64,000 nt of DNA, taken from assembly GCA_044221725.1 (NCBI GenBank), contig JBGAON010000001.1, positions 448,001-512,000 of the forward strand, read 5' to 3'. This DNA is from Elusimicrobiota bacterium. Its GTDB lineage: Bacteria; Elusimicrobiota; Elusimicrobia; F11. The notes below the pieces were generated by a model. It saw nothing but the letters and a program-made list of their open reading frames with translations. It was not told where the DNA came from and made no database searches. The position numbers and the translations under genes were made by a program. Positions 1 to 9,164 of the stretch are shown here, in pieces; position 1 is the stretch's first letter, and each line of letters starts with the position of its first letter.

Positions 1-388
1 CGGCGGCCGCGTCGACTCTGGAAACCAAGTGGTCACCATCCAAACCGCACGTCTCGGCTCGTATCAATTGCGTCAAGCGTCGCAGCTCGGTGATGTGTCG
101 CTCGTGCAAGTGTATCCGCGAATCATTACGCCGAACGGTGATGGTGCGAACGATGTGGTGATCTTCCAGTTCGGTGAAGCGAACATGACGGGCAAAACGA
201 TCACCGGCGAAATATTTGATTTGAGCAGCGCGAAAGTTGGCCATTTGTCGCCCGGTCCGGATCCGGCGAACACGCTTATGTGGGATGGCAAATCCGAAAG
301 TGGCGACGTTGTGCCGGCTGGAATTTATATTTATCAAATCACTGTTGACGGAACGACCATCAACGGTACGGTTGTCGTCGCGCGCTAA
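1..388 (+). CDS. 3' part of a secreted protein with a C-terminal FlgD-Ig / gliding-motility (T9SS-B-like) domain; the gene probably starts before the window
   Basis: ITPNGDGAND...WDGKSESGDVVPAGIYIYQI...GTVVVAR motif; stop at 386-388. Confidence 0.7.
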   Translation, partial: GGRVDSGNQVVTIQTARLGSYQLRQASQLGDVSLVQVYPRIITPNGDGANDVVIFQFGEANMTGKTITGEIFDLSSAKVGHLSPGPDPANTLMWDGKSESGDVVPAGIYIYQITVDGTTINGTVVVAR

Positions 389-399
389 TTTCCGTCGCT

Positions 400-1430
400 A
401 GAGTTCAATAATCCAGTGCACCAGTTTGACAGTAAGCTTCGGTAGGAGTTTTAAAGTTCAAACATCGGCGTGGACGAGTGTTGAGCCAATGCTGGAGACG
501 TGAAAGCGTCTTGGTGGGGATGGTATCCAAGTCTGTTTTCTTTGGCAAGAAACGACGGATGAGGCCGTTAGCATTTTCAACAGAGCCTTTCTCCCACGAG
601 TGATAGGGCAAGCAGAAATAAGACTGCATCTTAAAGCGCTCATTGAGATGAGAGTGGAGAGCGTTTTCTGGGCCGTTGTCATACGTGATGGTCTTGCGGT
701 GACGCTCATCAATTCCGGAAAAAATATCTGAGAGAGCTTCATAGGATGCTTGAGCAGTTTTATTTCGAATTTTCCGAATCTGTATGAAGCGGGATTTTCT
801 TTCAATCAGAACCTGAAGGGCCGAAGATCCTTTGCCCCAAACAGTGTCCGTTTCCCAATGGCCGACGGTTTGACGTTTATTGGCTTCTTCGGGACGCTCT
901 CCGATGAAAACACGATGAGAAATCAAGCGTTTTGGCCATGGGCGAAGATGTCGAGGGCGGCGTCGGGGCCGCGAGTGAAGCAAGTAGGGGATCAGATGCT
1001 TAGCTTGAGAATAGATCCACTGATAGATCGCTTCATGACTGATGTGAGCACGTCCAGTTTTGTGTCTGAGGCGTCCTGCAATAATTTCCGGTGACCACCC
1101 CTTCTTTAGTTGGCCAATGACTTTTTTTGCAGGGATAGGTTACAGTGAAGCTTCCTTACGTTGTGGTGTTCAAGGTGGAGTCGTTGATGCGCTTTTTGCT
1201 GGGCTGTTAACGGATAATACTTGTGTCGATGCGAGTTTCGTTTTAGCTCACGTGAAAGTGAGCTATGTGATCTTCCTAACCAAAATGCGATTTTCCTAAG
1301 CGACCACCCACGATTTCTGAAGGCTGCGATTTCTTCTCTCTCATTTCCGGTTAAACGACGATAAGTTTTCATGGCGCCTCATTTTAGCCTCCACTTACCG
1401 TCGATCTGGTGCATTAGACCCTTGAATTCA
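400..1430 (-). mobile_element. IS30-family insertion sequence (~1031 bp)
   Basis: Imperfect terminal inverted repeats at 401-436 and 1394-1429 (27/36 match); GCT direct repeat on both flanks (397-399, 1431-1433); IS30-type transposase inside. Confidence 0.9.
405..1372 (-). CDS. IS30-family DDE transposase in two frames, joined by a -1 shift at A-AAA-AAG (~1121-1128); either a programmed frameshift or a pseudogene
   Basis: N-terminal HTH (SLRKIAFWLGRSHSSLSRELKRN); the -1 frame continues with WSPEIIAG...SHEAIYQW, GHWETDTV, TYDNGPEN, PYHSWEKGSVENANGLIR. Confidence 0.85.
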
Positions 1431-1440
1431 GCTCGAAAAA

Positions 1441-1490
1441 GTTACAGCTTGTTTACGGATTCTTAATAAAATTTTAATCCTGCCTTTATA
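1441..1490 (+). promoter_or_regulatory. Phased TTA(C/A) direct repeats upstream of giant gene 1; candidate OmpR/PhoB-type operator
   Basis: TTAC 1442, TTAC 1453, TTAA 1463, TTAA 1474, TTTA 1485; identical spacing at 55073-55121. Confidence 0.55.
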
Positions 1491-1538
1491 ACGTGGTTTC
1501 CTCATTGCCTAGCCATTTCTCAGTGATCAGGGGGAAAC

Positions 1539-4500
1539 TTGACGCCACGACGCTTTAGAGTTGCTCGCCGCTCCATCGGTTTTCTCACAACGGTAGCCTA
1601 TTTCATTACGAACGTTTTTGTCGTCCCCGGCATGGCCGGGACGAATAGCGTCGATTTCTGGCGTGGCCGCGCCGCTCAGCAAAAAAATCTCGCCTTCACC
1701 GACCTTCGACTCAATTCCGATCCAAACGGCAATTCTTTAAGCCTTCCGTTTGCATCACGCTCGTTCCCGATTTTTGATTCGCTGTTGAAGCGCTTATCGT
1801 TGACGATGCGTGTCCAATCTGTTCGGGTCGGAGCGAAAAATGCCCCAACCGTTTTTTTAATCCAAGACATCCATCGAAATAACGAGGCGCAAAAAAACAT
1901 TGCGCAGGCGTTGTCGGTGATTGACTCTCAGTTGTCGCAGGCCGGCCCCATCCTGGTTGCCGCCGAAGCAGCGCATGGCCCGCTTAACTTTCAGCCGTAC
2001 CGAGCGGCGCCGACGATATCAACACGCAAGGCGATCGCCGACTACCTTCTTCGTGAAAAATATATTTCCGCCGTCGCTTGGTTTGGCCTCTGGCCCGACG
2101 CTTCGAGCAAAATTGTCGGCGTGGACGATGATGGCCTGTATGGTGCGAACGTTGCTGCGGTTCGGGCGGCCGTGAAACACCAGCCTGGCATGGTTGCGGA
2201 AATTCAAAAACTGTCCGCGGATCTTTCGAAACAGAGGGTGAGAGCTCTTTCAAAAAAGCTCGATGAATTGTCGGGCGCGTTAATCGCCTATCACCACGGG
2301 CAGATGCCCATTGTTCAATACGTGCGCCTTCTCGGAAATTACGCGGATCTAACGCATTATCCGATGGTTGAAAAATTGGTTCGTGCGACCAACATCGAAA
2401 CGAAAATCGACTCGGTTCAAGTAAAACAAGAGCGCGACACATTGTTTCGGAAAGTGGCCTCGCGCAAAAGAATTTCCGATTGGCTCGCTCAGGCGACGTA
2501 TGAGTTGAACGCCGGTGCCATCGATTCAAACACGTTCCATCTCGCGTTTAAAAAATTGTTGGCGACAGAGGGTGTCGATCTCTCTTCCACACCCCACTTC
2601 GAGAAATATCTTGAATACGTGGCGCTCGCCGACAGCATTCAGCACGAGGCGCTATTCAAAGAAATTTCCGATGTAACGAAAGAAGCGATTGGAAAAGCCG
2701 CCGCCACGCCAACCGAGCGCAAATTGCTCGAGCGCACGGTGCAGCTGTGTTTGGCGCAAAAACTTGTGAATTTCGAGCTGACGCCGGCGGAATGGGGGGA
2801 ATACAAAAAAGGACGCAGTCCCTTTTTGCCATTCGAAGACTTTTACCGCCTCGCCGAGGCGCGCAGCGAAAAGATGGCGGGAAACATTCTGAAAAGTACC
2901 CAACGGAACGCTGTCCTTGTTGCTGGCGGGTTCCATACGCCGGACATTGCACGAATCCTCGAAGCGCGCGGATTTTCCACGATTACGCTTGCTCCGATCA
3001 TTAGAGACGCGGCCAACATCAAAGGTTCGGACTATCTGAGCGCCTTCTTGCGCGAGCGTAGCCCTCTCGCGAAATTGTTTGAAGGGGAAAAACTCACGCT
3101 TGCGGATTCTGCGCAGTTGCTCGCTGTTCCATCCGCCGAGGCGGCCCAGAATGCCGCGCGCATTCTCAATGGTGTGGCTCAAGCGGCCGCCAAAAATGCC
3201 AAAAACCCGGTTGCCATCATTTCTCATAACGGCGCCACGGTGGAAGCCGGTCCCGGCGTCCGTGGCGATGAGAATCATCGCTTTGAAAACGTGCTCGGTT
3301 ATAAACGGATTGGATTTCGCGAAAAAGAACGGGATTTCAGATTTTCGCGCAAATCGCCCCGGTCTATTTTTCTCGCGAGCATTTTGTCGTTTTCCATCGC
3401 GCATTTTTCCGATGGTGAATTTGCGTTTCAGTTCTTTTTCGTCAGCGGTTTCGTGTTGCTCGCGTGGACCGTTTTTGAGGTGGCCCGTTTTGGCTGGGGC
3501 CTGTATCGCGGTGCGGAATTAAAAGCTCCCGATTTTTATCGCGCGCTGCGCGAAGCGGCCGAACACGGGCTGATACCGGAAAGCGCAGTTCCATTGGTTC
3601 GGCACGCCGATGGGACTTGGTTTGGTTCGTATCAATCGGGCGCGCACGTTTACGATTCGGTAACGAAATCGCATGTCATTTTTGTTCGCACAGAGTTTGC
3701 CTACAACACGAAAGAGTTGGCCCGGATTATCCGCCATGAACTTTTTCACAAGAACCATCAGTCTCAGGCGCCGCCGACAGGTTTTGACGGAAAGGCGGTT
3801 CGACCGCAAACCACGCGGGTCGCCCGGTTTGATTCGTTGATTCGCGCGGTCGCATTGAATCCATTCCTCGATTTCCTTTATGAGTTGGCCGCCCACGTTG
3901 TCGAATGGACGTTTGAACCGACAGAGGAAAAAGCCGTCAATCTTGAGACCCATTCGTTGGATTTTAATGCCGACCTTAATAATCCCGAATTCTTGCACCG
4001 GTTTCACGCCGAGCTGTTAAAAGAGATCGAGACCCTCGGTTCGGGCAAGCTGCGCAAGATTGTGGTGGTTTCCGATCAGCATGGCACGATCGATAAATTT
4101 GATGTGTTGCTGGTTGACGCGATACGTCAGGTCGAGAACCGAATCCCCGATGGATTTGTGCTCGATCCGGACAAAACAATGAACGAGCAATTTGCACCGT
4201 TCGGTTTTCAATTGGAAGACCTGAAGGATCGCATTTTCTTTCACAATCTCGGGGACTTGATGGATCGCGGGCCGTACGGCGTGAAAGTCTATTGGCGTTC
4301 GAAAGAATTGTTGGAAGCGGGAATCAGCGATTTCGTAATGGGCAACCACGATTTGTGGATGCTTATGAATCTGATGGCGTACCACCTACCGTGGGGCCCG
4401 CATTTTGACTTTAAAGCTGGGACCGACACGGAATATTCCGATAAATACGATGACGATTACGGTACCGTTCGCGAAGCGGTCGAACATCACAACCACGCTT

Positions 4501-7500
4501 GGCGCGACGGCGACGAATCGCTCATCGCGTGGTGGGCGGAGCGGCTCGCGGAATTTACGAACGAGCAACGCGATATTCAAAAAAAGAAATGGTCGGCGCT
4601 CGAGCAAAAGGTGAACGGAGCGTTTGAAGAGGATGGGAAAACGCGGCGCAAGGGCACGGGCCTGTATGACAAAGTGTCGGCGAGCATTGAGGCGAACGAG
4701 AAGCACAAAAAATTGTGGGATCAGTTTCGGGGATATTACCTGGTGGACATCTACCGCGGCGTGCGTGCGGTGGGGGAAATGTCGCTTCCCTGGTGGGAAA
4801 ATTTGCTGCAGTCGTTTCAGGAAGCGTACGAGTTGGAAGTAAAGTCGTCGGCCGAATACAATCCTTCCGAGCTCCGTCCGTCCGATGAAGCATGGGAAGA
4901 AGCAATCAAGATGATGCATTCGATCATCAAAGATTTAACCGCCGAACTCGATCAGCACATGGCGCAAAACAAATGGTGGGTCCGCGCGTTTCATGCGCTG
5001 AACCGTGGCAATTACACGACGATGGAATGGTGGGCGAAAGACTGGATTTTTCATGAAGGATGGGGACCTTCGGTCATCAAAGAGTTGAACGAAATTGCCA
5101 GAAAACGAGCCCCCGATTCCTTGGAATCGTTAATCCCAACGACGAACGCGAATTATTTGGGCAACCCCATCATGATGGAAGTGCGCGATTGGATGAAGCA
5201 GAACTTCAATCTGTTTGTTACCGACGAATATCTGACCACCGGCATGCACGCGTTTTTGCCGGTGGATAAAGCCGGACGGTTCTCGTTCCGTTACAATGGC
5301 AACGATTACATGGGAAAAGGTGGTATCGGCCAGCGATCGGTGTGGGAAGGCCTTTCCGCGATTTCAAACAGAGTGAAAACCGGAACCGACCTGCTCGGCA
5401 TGAAGCATGCATTCGATGTCATCAACAATATCTACGCCGATAACACAACCAAAGTGAAACCGCCGGATGTCGCTCACGCGATCAATACGATCGGCCCCCG
5501 TTTGCTGAGCCGAAACAACGGTTACAACCGTTTGTCAACCGGTCACATTCCGTTCCACGAGTTCTACAAGCTCATGAAAGACGATCGACTTGGATTGATA
5601 GATGGATTCCAAATTGATGACTCGGTGATGTTCTCGGATCATGGAATGGGAAAGCGGTTTGACGGACGTGGTGGTTACATTTTTATTTCGCCGGACGGTG
5701 TGCGCTTGCGTGGTTTCGAACACGATGGCGACAAAGAGATCAAATGGAATTCGCGCACCGTAAAAAAAGCTGGCACCGATGAGCAGGTGCTTTTCAAAAA
5801 CGCCGGCATTCCAAAAAGCCGTTTTCTTCCTCAGTTGGAGCGCGAGTACGGAAAACGCATCTCGCAGATTTCGGGTGCGGGCCGGCTCGGGCCGGCCATG
5901 ATCTTCTATTACCTTACGGAGTCGCGGTGGTGGGGAACAGTTTTGCTCGTGGGTTTTGAGATTCCGGTCATCGTAGCGCTTCGGTATTACGCGGGGCCCG
6001 TCGTAGCGGCTAATGTATTGCTTTTCTTTGCGGCGCTTCACGCTCCGCTTTCGGAATCACGCCCCGCGCTTTTTGGCGCACGTTATCAGGGACTGTCGTT
6101 CGCGCTGCGCGTGTTCGTTTTTTCGGCATATGTGTTGGCGCCCATCAATACGTTTGTGGGGTGGGCACTTTTGCCCGCCGCGCTTCAAATCCTCGTCGAC
6201 CTGTTGCTGGTGTTTCCCGGAGCAATCGAAAAACCGGAAACGAAAAGAGAAACCGAGAAACCTGCTGTTCCGGAAGTGATTGTTTCTGTTGTGCCGCGGT
6301 CGCTCACGACATTGGAGCTCGAAACGTATTTGACGACGGTGTTAAACCCCGACGGTATGCGGAAGACCGAACGCACCCGCGCGTTTCAAGAAATTATTGA
6401 TCATGCGGATAAGAACACGCTCGCCATTGTGCACGAGAAATTGCGTCAAACACCCAGCCACAAAGCGTTGGCCACAACGTACAACGGACACGGTTACACG
6501 GTGGTGACCGAGCGCGTTGAGAACCCCGAAGTAAAAGTGCTGGAGTTGTTGTTGGCTCGGCTGCGCGAGAAGTTGAGTGTGAAAATTAAAATGCCGGGCG
6601 CGCCGGCTTACACCAATATCGACGACATTCCCTATCTCTCGTTGCGACGGAGCGTGAGCAACGACAATGAATATCTGTATCCGGTCAAACCGATCGCGAC
6701 GCAACTTATCGATAAAGCGATTTCGTCGAACAAGATCGGTTTAACCGATGTCGCCGATGAACGTTTTCGAAATTTCTTGCTCGCCATTAAGAATCATGTT
6801 GCTGCGCACCCGGACTCGATGTTGCGTTATGTGGTCGTCATGGGCGGGGCGGCCGGCAAAGGAATCTTTTTCCAGGATTCGGTGAACGATCTGGATTTGA
6901 CCGTGCGCCTTGAACTCACCGAAGCGGAGTTTCGACTGTTGCAGGATTCTCATTCGGCCGGGGTGTTGAACTTCAATAAGCAAGAGAAGCGTTTGCTTGC
7001 GCGGAAAATACATGATCATGTTGACCGCGTGTTAACCGAGCTTGCACAATTTGTTGGGGCCGAAAAGGACAAATTGCTCGATCCAGCAAACCTTGTGCCG
7101 ATCCGTACGGCGGACGGGCTCGAGCTGCAATTTTTTGGTCCTATTTTGGGGCGGGATACGAACAATCTTGAGGTCCTCATGCTGCGCACCGCGGCAGCAA
7201 CGGTCACGCTCGACGGCGAAGAAAAAATCAACGGTATGATGAATTTCTATGTGACCGCCTCGTTGTTGCATCTCGCGATCGATGCCGAAGGAAGGATTTA
7301 TCCACGTCTTTTAACGGCCGCCGAGTCAGAAAAGCCGGCTGTTTCTTGGGATGCGTTGGAAAAATTAAGGAAAGGTGTTATCGAAATTGTGATCGATGCC
7401 TTTGAGTGGAATCCGGGGACTTTGCTGCGGGTCGCGGCGATCGAGCTTCGCTACGCGCTTCAAGTGGAAAGCCGACACTGGGATTTCAATACGCTTATCC

Positions 7501-9128
7501 GTCGTTCGATCGGTGATTTCATCTTAAGGCCGAAACCCGCGGGAGCGGTGCGAAAATGCGTCACATCGCTCAAGGTTTTGCTGCAGAGGGCCATCGATGG
7601 ATCGGTGGTTCCGAACGCGGCTCACACGCGGCTGCGCGAAGCGGGCATTTATCAATTCGTCGAAAAATTGATTTCTCCAAGAGAAAATCGTTGGCACCTG
7701 TTGCACGAAGGCGGCATTCGGTTCGGAAAACACGAGGTGCAAAGCATTCAGGTGAAGCTTCCGGCCGGTGAAAGCCGTGCCGATGCAAAAAAAATGGAGA
7801 TTGAAGTTGAGGTTCGGCTCGGTCAGGCCGTGGACATGCGCGTTCATGCGATGGGCCCGCAATTTGACGGAGATGTTGTGCATTTGCTGGGAATGCCACC
7901 CGAAAAGCTCGTGGCGCTTGATGTCACGGTGCTCGATGCCAGCGGAAACCTCGAAAACCGTTTCACAACGCCGGTAAGGTTAACCAATCCGACGGCGGAG
8001 CATTACGGGGGCTATGTGTTTCGGGTTCCGTTCGAATTCAAGAATGCCGGCCCGCACAGAATCGAATTCCGTGTTTTTAATCCGTTCGAGCCCGAGGTGT
8101 TCGCCGACAAAGTGGAGACGACTCTTTTGCCAGATTCGATGGGAATCCCGGTGGGGGCGGAGGAATATATTTTTCGTGTGTTCGGCTTAATGATTTTGCC
8201 GTTAATTCTTTTCTTATTGGTGCCCGTCTTCGCGCCCGGTGATTTCAGGTTCGGTTCCTGGCTCGGATTTTTTGTGTTGGTGGGAATTCCCGCCGCTGCG
8301 TTTACCTTTAGTGTGATTGGAAATGCGTTGGCCCATTTTCCCGTGGACGGATTGTCCGCTTTTGAGAACTTTCCGCTCCGCGTCGTTCGGGCGTTTCATT
8401 ACACGGCTTTGTTCTGCGAAATGTTCATTGCCGAAGGACCCTGGGTCGCAATTGTCGGTGTCATCGACGAGCACAAGCGATACAACGAAAAAATGGACGC
8501 GACCGGCGGAATTCCAGATTCGCTAACGAATGGCGCGAATGGCAGGTCGCTCACCCGAAGGCCCATTCACTTGCGATCTTCTATTCGAACGTATGGGTTG
8601 GCGGAATGGAAGAACTTTTCTCCATCGCAATTGGACTCCGAGGATGTCATTCATGTGAGCTTGGCCGAGTTTGAGCACACGAACGAGCTAATGCGGAAGT
8701 CCCGGGCGTTTCATGCGCTTCTGGAACGAATTTTCGATCATGCCGTGGCGTCTCGCCTGGTGGTTACGTATCCAAGCGCAATGACAATCGATGAAGCGAA
8801 AACGCGCTTTCAGGAATTGCTCTATGAGCATCACCTATCCATTCCAATGAGCGTGATTTCTCGCAATGTGATCTTTAATCAACGAGATCGAGCAAATCCT
8901 GTTTCTGTGACGCAGCAATACAAAGAAGTGTTTGGCGGTCGCGTGTTGCATGCGCTGTCACTGACCAGAAGCGGACAGTATTGGGATTTTAATGATGTTT
9001 CATTGAATTCTGATCTGCCATCGTTGGTGATTGAAGTTATCGATTTGCTCCGCGGGCGATCGATGTTCTTGTCGAAAGAGACGATCCAAGAAATCTTGGC
9101 GCACAAACACGCGAATCAAAGTGCCTAA
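1539..9128 (+). CDS. Giant multidomain membrane/exported protein (2529 aa): conserved N-terminal domain, HExxH module, metallophosphoesterase, nucleotidyltransferase-like domain, CPBP-like membrane modules
   Basis: Continuous ORF, TTG start after AGGGGG; motifs IQDIH, GGFH, HELFH, SDQHG/GDLMDRG/GNHD/GHIP, GG...DLDL, AEEYIFR; N-terminal ~520 aa paralogous to 55157..62077. Confidence 0.9.
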   Translation: MTPRRFRVARRSIGFLTTVAYFITNVFVVPGMAGTNSVDFWRGRAAQQKNLAFTDLRLNSDPNGNSLSLPFASRSFPIFDSLLKRLSLTMRVQSVRVGAKNAPTVFLIQDIHRNNEAQKNIAQALSVIDSQLSQAGPILVAAEAAHGPLNFQPYRAAPTISTRKAIADYLLREKYISAVAWFGLWPDASSKIVGVDDDGLYGANVAAVRAAVKHQPGMVAEIQKLSADLSKQRVRALSKKLDELSGALIAYHHGQMPIVQYVRLLGNYADLTHYPMVEKLVRATNIETKIDSVQVKQERDTLFRKVASRKRISDWLAQATYELNAGAIDSNTFHLAFKKLLATEGVDLSSTPHFEKYLEYVALADSIQHEALFKEISDVTKEAIGKAAATPTERKLLERTVQLCLAQKLVNFELTPAEWGEYKKGRSPFLPFEDFYRLAEARSEKMAGNILKSTQRNAVLVAGGFHTPDIARILEARGFSTITLAPIIRDAANIKGSDYLSAFLRERSPLAKLFEGEKLTLADSAQLLAVPSAEAAQNAARILNGVAQAAAKNAKNPVAIISHNGATVEAGPGVRGDENHRFENVLGYKRIGFREKERDFRFSRKSPRSIFLASILSFSIAHFSDGEFAFQFFFVSGFVLLAWTVFEVARFGWGLYRGAELKAPDFYRALREAAEHGLIPESAVPLVRHADGTWFGSYQSGAHVYDSVTKSHVIFVRTEFAYNTKELARIIRHELFHKNHQSQAPPTGFDGKAVRPQTTRVARFDSLIRAVALNPFLDFLYELAAHVVEWTFEPTEEKAVNLETHSLDFNADLNNPEFLHRFHAELLKEIETLGSGKLRKIVVVSDQHGTIDKFDVLLVDAIRQVENRIPDGFVLDPDKTMNEQFAPFGFQLEDLKDRIFFHNLGDLMDRGPYGVKVYWRSKELLEAGISDFVMGNHDLWMLMNLMAYHLPWGPHFDFKAGTDTEYSDKYDDDYGTVREAVEHHNHAWRDGDESLIAWWAERLAEFTNEQRDIQKKKWSALEQKVNGAFEEDGKTRRKGTGLYDKVSASIEANEKHKKLWDQFRGYYLVDIYRGVRAVGEMSLPWWENLLQSFQEAYELEVKSSAEYNPSELRPSDEAWEEAIKMMHSIIKDLTAELDQHMAQNKWWVRAFHALNRGNYTTMEWWAKDWIFHEGWGPSVIKELNEIARKRAPDSLESLIPTTNANYLGNPIMMEVRDWMKQNFNLFVTDEYLTTGMHAFLPVDKAGRFSFRYNGNDYMGKGGIGQRSVWEGLSAISNRVKTGTDLLGMKHAFDVINNIYADNTTKVKPPDVAHAINTIGPRLLSRNNGYNRLSTGHIPFHEFYKLMKDDRLGLIDGFQIDDSVMFSDHGMGKRFDGRGGYIFISPDGVRLRGFEHDGDKEIKWNSRTVKKAGTDEQVLFKNAGIPKSRFLPQLEREYGKRISQISGAGRLGPAMIFYYLTESRWWGTVLLVGFEIPVIVALRYYAGPVVAANVLLFFAALHAPLSESRPALFGARYQGLSFALRVFVFSAYVLAPINTFVGWALLPAALQILVDLLLVFPGAIEKPETKRETEKPAVPEVIVSVVPRSLTTLELETYLTTVLNPDGMRKTERTRAFQEIIDHADKNTLAIVHEKLRQTPSHKALATTYNGHGYTVVTERVENPEVKVLELLLARLREKLSVKIKMPGAPAYTNIDDIPYLSLRRSVSNDNEYLYPVKPIATQLIDKAISSNKIGLTDVADERFRNFLLAIKNHVAAHPDSMLRYVVVMGGAAGKGIFFQDSVNDLDLTVRLELTEAEFRLLQDSHSAGVLNFNKQEKRLLARKIHDHVDRVLTELAQFVGAEKDKLLDPANLVPIRTADGLELQFFGPILGRDTNNLEVLMLRTAAATVTLDGEEKINGMMNFYVTASLLHLAIDAEGRIYPRLLTAAESEKPAVSWDALEKLRKGVIEIVIDAFEWNPGTLLRVAAIELRYALQVESRHWDFNTLIRRSIGDFILRPKPAGAVRKCVTSLKVLLQRAIDGSVVPNAAHTRLREAGIYQFVEKLISPRENRWHLLHEGGIRFGKHEVQSIQVKLPAGESRADAKKMEIEVEVRLGQAVDMRVHAMGPQFDGDVVHLLGMPPEKLVALDVTVLDASGNLENRFTTPVRLTNPTAEHYGGYVFRVPFEFKNAGPHRIEFRVFNPFEPEVFADKVETTLLPDSMGIPVGAEEYIFRVFGLMILPLILFLLVPVFAPGDFRFGSWLGFFVLVGIPAAAFTFSVIGNALAHFPVDGLSAFENFPLRVVRAFHYTALFCEMFIAEGPWVAIVGVIDEHKRYNEKMDATGGIPDSLTNGANGRSLTRRPIHLRSSIRTYGLAEWKNFSPSQLDSEDVIHVSLAEFEHTNELMRKSRAFHALLERIFDHAVASRLVVTYPSAMTIDEAKTRFQELLYEHHLSIPMSVISRNVIFNQRDRANPVSVTQQYKEVFGGRVLHALSLTRSGQYWDFNDVSLNSDLPSLVIEVIDLLRGRSMFLSKETIQEILAHKHANQSA

Positions 9129-9164
9129 GCGAAAATTTTTGCGCTGAATTGATACACTCGGCGC

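Noticed and set aside
1422..1450. Hybrid promoter from the IS end (TTGAAT as -35) driving giant gene 1
   Set aside because: No -10-like hexamer at 16-18 bp spacing.
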